A stretch of DNA of 64,000 nt from a virus (taxonomy: Duplodnaviria; Caudoviricetes): the IMG/VR virus record IMGVR_UViG_2904399447_000014, positions 1 through 64,000 of that record; one strand, 5' to 3'. Shown here piece after piece: positions 28,491 through 35,526 of the stretch. Within the stretch, counting starts at the first letter, position 1. Every line of letters begins with the position of its first letter. The position numbers and the translations under genes were made by a program. The notes beneath the pieces are model-generated. The model searched no databases, was not told the origin of the DNA, and worked only from the letters and a program-made list of their open reading frames with translations.

Positions 28491-28538
28491 AACTCACATC
28501 GGTTAGGGTGGCGGCACTGACCCTATACCTTGTGAGTT
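28491..28538. promoter_or_regulatory. Face-to-face pair of late promoters for prt (+, 28491-28509) and darB (-, 28520-28538)
   Basis: AACTCACAT-CGGT-TAGGGT on + and AACTCACAA-GGTA-TAGGGT on -. Confidence 0.8.
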
Positions 28539-28545
28539 TTTATCC

Positions 28546-30204
28546 GTGAAGAAGCCTTCGAAGATGAACCCCGTAAACCTACTGCGCCGTATGATGGGGG
28601 GTTATGATGCCGGGGATAGCATCTCCAATGTAATCGCCAGCGGCGGCGGCCGAAATATCGTTTCTCGAACACTTCTGCCGACTGTTATCGATGATCGAGA
28701 AACGGGCCTTTCTACGGCAGGAGATACTGTCGTCGCTGGTTCAGTTCTCCCCAGCGATCGCTTATCCCGCTATACCATTTTTGACCAAATGGCTCGCTCA
28801 CCAACCCTATCTGCGGCACTTAACATTCATGTGTCCCATGCGCTGGCGCAGGATAAAAAAAGTGGGATGTGTTTCAACCTGGCGCCCATTGAAGCGACCG
28901 ATAAGGAAACAGCCGGGCGTTGTAACGAGATCATGAACGACCTGGGAGATATGCTGAACTCAGGCCTTCCATCATGGGCGCTGAATATGGCTATTTATGG
29001 CGTAAGCTACATTAGACCTTACGCTAAAGAGCGCAAAGGGATCACCAGCTTGGAATCCAGCTATTACACGCTGCCTCACTTCACAACAGAGTACGAGCGC
29101 GGTGGTGAGTTAGCCGGCTTCTCCGGGGATTACTTTGTTGACCCACTGACGAACCAACGGGTATTAGCAAAGCCGTGGGAATTGGTTGCAATGAAAGTGC
29201 CATACTGGACGCCGGACATTAACAACCGACCTATGAATACCGGTACGGTAGGATATTCATTGTTGAGTGACCCTTCGCAACGGCAGCTAATTGAGACTCA
29301 AAACTATGGCACCTCTTTCCTGGAATATAGCTATGAGTCTTTCGTCAACTTATGTGACGCATTGCGAGCGCTAAAAGCCACAAGGAACAACGCCGCAAAA
29401 ATAGACAGGCTGATAGCCTTATCGACAAACCAGCTTGATCCAGTCAATGCAGCAGCACATGCACGTAACGTTGGGCAATCACTGAAACGAAGCTCTGAAG
29501 AGATTATGCGCGCCTCTCGCAACAGCAATGTAATGCCGACAGTCTATAACCATATCGTTCCTGTTATGGGCGAGGGGAAAGGCGGCATAACAATCGACAC
29601 ACAGTTCATACCAGCCGATATTACTGGAATAGAAGACGTCATGTTCCACCTACGACAGTTGTGCTCTACTGTCGGTGTCGACGCCACTATGCTTGGATGG
29701 GCTGATCAAATGGCTGGTGGACTCGGTGATGGGGGCTGGCAGCAGACAGCTATACAGTCCGCGCAAAGGAGTTACTGGCTCAGGCAGGCAGCAGCCTCTT
29801 TCCTTTACCGAACATTCGACATTCATTGCGCCTACAAATATGGCAAGGTCTACCAGCACAATAATCGCCCCTTCCGTGTTGAATTCAACTCTGTGAACAC
29901 AGCGCTTCAGGCAGAAGCCAACCGCGAGCAAGAAAGCAGGGCGAACTACGTGTCGGTTGTCGTCAGTATTCTGGACGCAGTTCAAAACAACGCGCGCCTG
30001 GCTAGTTCGCCGGCGTTGATGAACCTGCTGTTCTCTGAAATGCTCCAGATGAACAATGACACTATCTCGAAAATCTACCAGGAACTATCTAGCACCAAGC
30101 AAGATGACTCAATGATGGAGAGTGCCGGCTGGGGCAACGTTGGTCTGGATGAGCTTTCTCGGGAAGATCTTTTAAGCATTTTTAAAAGCGCTATGGCGCC
30201 ATAG
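28546..30204 (+). CDS. prt: Portal protein
   Basis: Divergent from darB as in P1; T4 gp20-like size and P1 Prt-like blocks (IETQNYGTSFLEYSYE, GIEDVMFHLRQL). Confidence 0.9.
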   Translation: MKKPSKMNPVNLLRRMMGGYDAGDSISNVIASGGGRNIVSRTLLPTVIDDRETGLSTAGDTVVAGSVLPSDRLSRYTIFDQMARSPTLSAALNIHVSHALAQDKKSGMCFNLAPIEATDKETAGRCNEIMNDLGDMLNSGLPSWALNMAIYGVSYIRPYAKERKGITSLESSYYTLPHFTTEYERGGELAGFSGDYFVDPLTNQRVLAKPWELVAMKVPYWTPDINNRPMNTGTVGYSLLSDPSQRQLIETQNYGTSFLEYSYESFVNLCDALRALKATRNNAAKIDRLIALSTNQLDPVNAAAHARNVGQSLKRSSEEIMRASRNSNVMPTVYNHIVPVMGEGKGGITIDTQFIPADITGIEDVMFHLRQLCSTVGVDATMLGWADQMAGGLGDGGWQQTAIQSAQRSYWLRQAAASFLYRTFDIHCAYKYGKVYQHNNRPFRVEFNSVNTALQAEANREQESRANYVSVVVSILDAVQNNARLASSPALMNLLFSEMLQMNNDTISKIYQELSSTKQDDSMMESAGWGNVGLDELSREDLLSIFKSAMAP

Positions 30205-30249
30205 TCCAATACTGAGGGCCATAAACGGCCCTTACTCAAAATTTTGGCA

Positions 30250-30275
30250 TAAAAAAACCCGCCGTAGCGGGTTTT
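30250..30275. terminator. Bidirectional terminator
   Basis: AAAAAAACCCGC-CGTA-GCGGGTTTT between convergent genes. Confidence 0.7.
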
Positions 30276-30289
30276 AAGGAAAAACAAAA

Positions 30290-30400
30290 TTAGCCTTCAA
30301 CGGAAACGGTGCGTGTCCGCACGGTACCAGAACGCGTTGCCTGAACGAAGGACGCCTTGAGCTGGCGCATAGCTTCAAGCTTGCGTTCTGCCGCTGTCAT
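30290..30400 (-). CDS. 36-aa basic peptide (not in ORF track)
   Basis: MTAAERKLEAMRQLKASFVQATRSGTVRTRTVSVEG; starts 11 bp after the 168-aa gene and ends before the terminator; weak RBS. Confidence 0.5.
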   Translation of the reverse strand: MTAAERKLEAMRQLKASFVQATRSGTVRTRTVSVEG

Positions 30401-30410
30401 TTGTTTCAGA

Positions 30411-30917
30411 TTAGTAATATCGCGTTTTGAATGCATAACCTTTTCCTTCTTCACCTAGATCGGTGGTTACGTCAGATAATACTTCATCAAAAGTCTTTTG
30501 TAAAATTCGGTCGTAAAATCGTTTTAACTTATCGGTTTCAGCAATAGCAAAGTAGGCCTTAGCGCGGTACACACTGCAATGTAAAGTGATGATCGTTTCC
30601 AAAGCGCCTGCCAATTCGTTCAGATACGCCCGCCCCCCGCCACAATTGCCTTTTGCCGGCGGAGCATAAAAATCGCCACTTTCAAAGTTTTCAATGCGAT
30701 CAAACTTTACATCATAGCTATCAACTGGCACCTGGAAACCGACTTCCTCGCACCGATATGCATGGTATTCCGCATCTGTGATATCTACAGGTGCAAAAAT
30801 TATTAAGAAGTCATGATTTTTAACCGAAAAATCATACCTATGACAGAGGAATTCGCCGTGCGGGAACTCAATAAACTTTTCCAAATGATAGACAGGCATT
30901 TTTATAGTTTTGGTCAT
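30411..30917 (-). CDS. 168-aa hypothetical protein
   Basis: Own sigma70-like promoter under heptad array D; no family recognised. Confidence 0.75.
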   Translation of the reverse strand: MTKTIKMPVYHLEKFIEFPHGEFLCHRYDFSVKNHDFLIIFAPVDITDAEYHAYRCEEVGFQVPVDSYDVKFDRIENFESGDFYAPPAKGNCGGGRAYLNELAGALETIITLHCSVYRAKAYFAIAETDKLKRFYDRILQKTFDEVLSDVTTDLGEEGKGYAFKTRYY

Positions 30918-30972
30918 TGTCGATACGACATCTTAACTCAATACGCGTAACAAAACCTACAAATGAGCCTAC

Positions 30973-31021
30973 TTCATAACGCATAAGTATGAATTATGAT
31001 TTCATACTTGCGCAACATCAA
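30973..31021 (-). promoter_or_regulatory. Heptad array D (30973-31007) overlapping a sigma70-like promoter TTGATG-N17-CATAAT
   Basis: TTCATAA-CGCATAA-GTATGAA-TTATGAT-TTCATAC in 7-bp register; -35 at 31016-31021, -10 at 30993-30998. Confidence 0.75.
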
Positions 31022-31043
31022 CCACTATTCATACATAATATGT

Positions 31044-31463
31044 TTAAGGGCGACACAAGAGCAAAACAGGATCATCACTCTCAACACCGTTCGCTATGGC
31101 CATTTCCCGGTAACTATCAAACAGCTCAACCCCGCCATCCTCAACTTCTGGAATCTCACCCCGGATATAACCCAAACGCACAGCCAAATTGTGGTCAGCC
31201 CCGCGCAGAAGGAATCCCGCACACTTAGCACTATTTTCCACCCCGCTATCGTGACAAGCAAACACGCTGGTCGCCTGGTCATAGCTTGTTCTGGCTGAGT
31301 GGCGAAATGCCTGTGCCGGAAACTCGCCTACTGCATCCTTTCGCCACGGGCACTTAGGACACGGTTTACGCCGGCAAGATTTCCCGCCCCCTTTGACCGT
31401 CACTACTTGATGCTCATCGCCGGCAGCTCGAGTTTCAATAATTTCTGGTTTGTTCGGTATCAT
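31044..31463 (-). CDS. DUF6283-like Cys-rich putative zinc-binding protein
   Basis: PCPKCPWR..FACH..CAGF..HNL motif. Confidence 0.75.
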   Translation of the reverse strand: MIPNKPEIIETRAAGDEHQVVTVKGGGKSCRRKPCPKCPWRKDAVGEFPAQAFRHSARTSYDQATSVFACHDSGVENSAKCAGFLLRGADHNLAVRLGYIRGEIPEVEDGGVELFDSYREMAIANGVESDDPVLLLCRP

Positions 31464-31508
31464 GTTCCCTAGGTTCTCTTTCGTCGATTGAACGGTGATG
31501 ATGTTAAT

Positions 31509-31525
31509 CTAATTAACTATTAGAT
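31509..31525 (-). promoter_or_regulatory. Putative C1 operator inside a 10-bp inverted repeat (31504-31528)
   Basis: TTAATCTAAT-TAACT-ATTAGATTAA. Confidence 0.8.
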
Positions 31526-31545
31526 TAAAGTTAATATCCACTCTT

Positions 31546-31564
31546 AACTCACTTCGGATAACGT
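31546..31564 (+). promoter_or_regulatory. Late promoter for pro
   Basis: AACTCACTT-CGGA-TAACGT. Confidence 0.8.
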
Positions 31565-31605
31565 TTCCCGTCGCACTGAGCATCACTCATAACCAAGGGG
31601 GAACC

Positions 31606-32628
31606 ATGCCCACACAAGCACTACGAACTGTTACTGACCGATTTTCCCTTGTCGATAACATTCGCAAACATACCGCACACAATGGTCGCAACTACCTAAT
31701 GAGTGCAATCCGCGCAACCATTAGCTCACCTGAAGTGCAAGAACGTATCAACTTAGGCGAAATGTATGGGTATTACAGCCATACTAATCGGGCCTTATAT
31801 CATAAGGAAACTGGCAATCTCGACCTGCCGGAAGTCTGTTATGTCACCATCGACGGCAAACCCGTCATGTTGAAGAACGTGCCCTCAAACAGAACATTAG
31901 CGATCAGTATTGATGATGAGGGTATCGTAGAACATACCCAGGAAATTTTAGACACAGAGCCAGGTCATATTGTTAACGGCATGGAACGGTCAATGGCAGG
32001 TGGCTGGAGCTGGGCGACTGGTGGCAGCGACACAGCAATTTCACGCGTAACTAGTTTCCACGGTTTTGACTATGTAACTACACCGAACTACATCAGTCTT
32101 AATCGAAAAGCAGCAATGCTGGAGGGCGTGTCCGATATGCACACCTGGCGCCTGGAAGAGCTAATCAAGTCTGGTTACACAGAACAAGGCGCCTCCGATA
32201 TCCTGAAGCATTTTGACCAGATGCAGTCCCACGAAATGATGTTCGAATCAGCACAAAGAAACGTTCACCTACAAAGCGACCTTCTTATCATGCAAGGTCA
32301 GATGATGGAGTTAGAGGATAAAATTCGACAAAGTGGTACGGCATTGGATGAAGCGAATCGCGAACGGAACCGCCGCGACGCCATGTTAGAAACGGCAATC
32401 AGAACCTTGCCGATTTTCCTAAGCGAAGAACAGAAAAAGGCTCTATTACGCTTAGATTCCGATGACGACCTTAAAACTGTAAATGCTATGTTCGAGTCCA
32501 TCGCAGCCGGAAACCTTAATTCTCTACCTATTGGTAGCAATACTCCCAGAGAAGCGGCGCCGGCCTCCAAGTCTAAAATTGGCGAAGTGCCACCAATTCT
32601 GCCCAATGGTTTTAAATCCTTCCTGTAA
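31606..32628 (+). CDS. pro: Prohead protease
   Basis: TVTDRF, GYYSH, HTQEILDTEPG, GGWSWATGG, GFDYVTTPNYISL match P1 Pro. Confidence 0.93.
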   Translation: MPTQALRTVTDRFSLVDNIRKHTAHNGRNYLMSAIRATISSPEVQERINLGEMYGYYSHTNRALYHKETGNLDLPEVCYVTIDGKPVMLKNVPSNRTLAISIDDEGIVEHTQEILDTEPGHIVNGMERSMAGGWSWATGGSDTAISRVTSFHGFDYVTTPNYISLNRKAAMLEGVSDMHTWRLEELIKSGYTEQGASDILKHFDQMQSHEMMFESAQRNVHLQSDLLIMQGQMMELEDKIRQSGTALDEANRERNRRDAMLETAIRTLPIFLSEEQKKALLRLDSDDDLKTVNAMFESIAAGNLNSLPIGSNTPREAAPASKSKIGEVPPILPNGFKSFL

Positions 32629-32977
32629 AAAACAATATCCCCTGATCACACGATCAGGGGTTTCCACCACCACACTGTGTTTCCATACAGCAACCGGACA
32701 ATAACCGGCCAAAAGATTGCGTAAAACTAATTAATGGTTTGTGTTTTACGGGGATCACCTCTTATCATCCGAGCCACGGATCGAAAAAGGATCGTTCTGA
32801 TGCTCTTCTCAATGAAGGCGATTAACAGTATTTGAGCTTTTAACAGGCGAAAAAAAACGCCAGCTTTTAACTGACGTCCTTTTTCTAAATCATGCTGATA
32901 AGTTTTGACGAACTTCACCAGCTAACTATTTCTTTGTCCTGGCGGTTAAAGAAACAGGTAATCAAGGCAACTAAGCA

Positions 32978-34018
32978 ATGACACCGGATGTAATTTTATC
33001 CCAGCAGATCGCTGGTAGCAACTCTGCACGCCCAAAAAACACTCAGGAACATGCAAAAAAGCCAGTTGTGGCGCGGAATCCCTTCGTGCGTGGTGAAAAT
33101 GTAACCGGAATGGCGTTGGAGTTTTTTATTCGCCACCTTAATAACACTCTACTCCCACGCGCTGCCTGCGACTTCTTATCAAAAATTTGCAATGTCGCCG
33201 CAGCTTCGGACGCATACCGTCTCTTCTACAGCAAAAGTACTATGGCCGAGAAATCGGGCGTATCTACCCGCACAGTCCAACGATACATGCGTGTCATCGA
33301 GGCCAGTGGGATCATGACACGTACAGCAGTCAGCGACAGTATCAAAGGCCACCAGCCAAACCTCTACACTTTTACCAGCGAGTTTATTTCTGCCGTCCGT
33401 GTATTCTTCACGGTTCACCTGGGTGAAGAACGCATTAAGAACATCCGCAAAATTGCCCATAGCGATCTACAGAAATTCGTTGAGCTTGCGCTTTCCCCTA
33501 TCCGTGGATTAATCCATAAAGTATCGAAATTGAAGGATATTTCCCCTTTAAAAAAGGCCCACCCCATAGGACAAGATGACGTTAGCCCCAAGGGACAAAG
33601 TGACCTACAAAAAGAAGTACAACCCTTGGGAAAAAAAGAAGATAAAAACCTTGTTCGTGCCTGCGGCCCAAACACGGGAATTTCTTTGCAGAAGCAAAAC
33701 ATAACCGGGATAGCCCGTCGCGCTATCACTAACGCTGAGCTTGTTTCAACTCGTCTCATACGTGAAGCTGAAGCAGCCGCCATAACCAGGGCAGCACATG
33801 CACGCCGTGAACGCGCTACGTTCTTACAGAACCGGAACAGAAGTCACACCCTGAACTCTCAAACCCAGTACAACCACTCGAGGATCATCGCTGAAGGAAA
33901 ACGCTTCGATGAGGCTTTAGCACGTTCAAAAGCGGGGGCGCTCAAAGACAAAACCAAAATAAGCACTCACTTGAACTCGCTGAAAGCGATGCTTGGCAGA
34001 AAACCTGCTTTGGTATAG
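32978..34018 (+). CDS. repL: RepL-like lytic replication initiator
   Basis: LPRAACDFLSKICNVAA, HTH MAEKSGVSTRTVQRY and NLYTFTSEF align with the P1 RepL N-terminal domain. Confidence 0.8.
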   Translation: MTPDVILSQQIAGSNSARPKNTQEHAKKPVVARNPFVRGENVTGMALEFFIRHLNNTLLPRAACDFLSKICNVAAASDAYRLFYSKSTMAEKSGVSTRTVQRYMRVIEASGIMTRTAVSDSIKGHQPNLYTFTSEFISAVRVFFTVHLGEERIKNIRKIAHSDLQKFVELALSPIRGLIHKVSKLKDISPLKKAHPIGQDDVSPKGQSDLQKEVQPLGKKEDKNLVRACGPNTGISLQKQNITGIARRAITNAELVSTRLIREAEAAAITRAAHARRERATFLQNRNRSHTLNSQTQYNHSRIIAEGKRFDEALARSKAGALKDKTKISTHLNSLKAMLGRKPALV

Positions 34019-34030
34019 GCACTGTATAAA

Positions 34031-34049
34031 AACACACTTCCATTAGGAT
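34031..34049 (+). promoter_or_regulatory. Late promoter for the endolysin
   Basis: AACACACTT-CCAT-TAGGAT. Confidence 0.7.
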
Positions 34050-34090
34050 TCGTGACGGCACTTTGCCTGCACAATAAGTGGGAGTTACCA

Positions 34091-34579
34091 ATGAATCAAA
34101 ACCGCCGCGCATTTTTCGACGTAATCGCGTTTTCTGAAGGCACAAGCACTCACGTGCTCACGAAAAATGATGGCTATGATGTAATCGTTACAGGATTAGA
34201 CTTAAAACCAGAGGTGTTCACTGATTATAACGATCACCCATTCGCTAACGGGCGTCCGGCCAAAGTGTTTAACAAAAAAGGCGAGAGATCTTCGGCTTCC
34301 GGTCGATACCAACTCCTGTATCGCTGGTGGAAGCCATACAAGATACAGCTCAATTTAAAAGACTTTTCGCCGGCCAGCCAAGATGCTGTAGCTCTCCAGC
34401 AGATCAGAGAGCGAGGAGCGCTAGCTGATATAGATGCCGGCCGGATAGCTACAGCCATCCACAAATGCCGAGCAACATGGGCTTCATTTCCTGGCGCCAA
34501 TTATGACGGCCAGAAAATGCATAGCCTTGATACGTTGTTGAATGCCTACGTTCGCTTTGGTGGGACACTAACCGAGTAA
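34091..34579 (+). CDS. Lambda-R-type endolysin (lytic transglycosylase)
   Basis: RRAFFDVIAFSEGT, GYDVIV, ASGRYQLL, DFSPASQDAVALQQIRERGAL, WASFPGA; GGGAG RBS before ATG 34091. Confidence 0.95.
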   Translation: MNQNRRAFFDVIAFSEGTSTHVLTKNDGYDVIVTGLDLKPEVFTDYNDHPFANGRPAKVFNKKGERSSASGRYQLLYRWWKPYKIQLNLKDFSPASQDAVALQQIRERGALADIDAGRIATAIHKCRATWASFPGANYDGQKMHSLDTLLNAYVRFGGTLTE

Positions 34580-34700
34580 CCTGAAGGGGAGTCGCGCCCC
34601 CTTATTAATACATAATATGATTAAGCCCTAAGCTATCACACCAAAAATCTCACCTTCCCTATTGCCTATCCGCGCCCTTACTAATAGTATTGTTTCAAAT

Positions 34701-34717
34701 ATCTAATAGATAATTAG
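34701..34717 (+). promoter_or_regulatory. Putative C1 operator ATCTAATAGATAATTAG
   Basis: Identical to 2089-2105. Confidence 0.8.
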
Positions 34718-34725
34718 GTTTTAAA

Positions 34726-34950
34726 TTGTCGATTAAAAAGAGTGTATCAACACGCATTTTTGAGATATCGAAAACGAGCGAAATCCACGGCCCTCTACTG
34801 CGCCAGGCATTTGAAGTGATGGAGGTTCAAAAATACCTGCTCACCATAGTGCTCGATATCAGTAAGAAAGCAGGATACAAGGGGAACTCAGTGGCAATGG
34901 CTGTTGAGTTTCTTAGGGAAAAAAATAATGGAGAGGGGCCAAAGGAATGA
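34726..34950 (+). CDS. Hypothetical protein (74 aa)
   Basis: Immediately downstream of the operator; ATGA-coupled to the next ORF; start uncertain. Confidence 0.5.
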   Translation: MSIKKSVSTRIFEISKTSEIHGPLLRQAFEVMEVQKYLLTIVLDISKKAGYKGNSVAMAVEFLREKNNGEGPKE

Positions 34951-35150
34951 CTGTCGCTGATACAGTGGAAATCAATAAATCTCGCAATTACTGGCTGTCA
35001 AAAGGCTTCAAAAAGACAGTTGAGGGTACATTAATACGACCTGACATGCTGATCTCTCGTTCAGGAAAAAGGTGGAAGGCTACTGACCTAATCAAAAACA
35101 CTACCTATCGCCACGCCAGCCTTCTGGTGGTTCTACAAAAGAATTTTTAG
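34947..35150 (+). CDS. Hypothetical basic protein (67 aa)
   Basis: Coupled start; followed by hairpin at about 35172-35193. Confidence 0.55.
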   Translation: MTVADTVEINKSRNYWLSKGFKKTVEGTLIRPDMLISRSGKRWKATDLIKNTTYRHASLLVVLQKNF

Positions 35151-35211
35151 CCCATCGTATCTACAAATGATGACGGCCCCACCAGGGGCCGTTCGTGCAA
35201 CATTTCGAAAG

Positions 35212-35526
35212 TTAATATTCAACAAGCTCGTCGGCTAGCTGCTGCTCCCGCTCATGCACATCTTCAAATGAGTTTTTAGTCTCTTCATCCATTTCCACCT
35301 CAAAACCGATAGCACTCAACGTATTCACCAGCTCATAAAGTGAAGCCCCTTCAGCTGAACGCACAAACCCCAGCACCGGGTTCAGATGAGCAAATTTCAC
35401 CTCATCCACCAGCTCTGCTTTGTTGATTGCTCCAAGAACGTCAAAAGGCGCCGGTATTTCGATGCTGTCACCGTCATATTGGATCACCCCTTCCCGGCCA
35501 TCAAAAATGATAGTTACGTTAAGCAT
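35212..35526 (-). CDS. hxr: Hxr-like protein
   Basis: Size, position after ddrB, and DGREGVIQY..GFEVEM..acidic tail like P1 Hxr. Confidence 0.6.
   Translation of the reverse strand: MLNVTIIFDGREGVIQYDGDSIEIPAPFDVLGAINKAELVDEVKFAHLNPVLGFVRSAEGASLYELVNTLSAIGFEVEMDEETKNSFEDVHEREQQLADELVEY

Noticed and set aside
32727-32918. 63-aa minus-strand ORF upstream of repL as kilA or icd
   Set aside because: No similarity to KilA-N or Icd, and wrong strand
33965-33982. ACTCACTT inside the repL 3' end as a late promoter
   Set aside because: No TANNNT four bases downstream; the site at 34031-34049 fits
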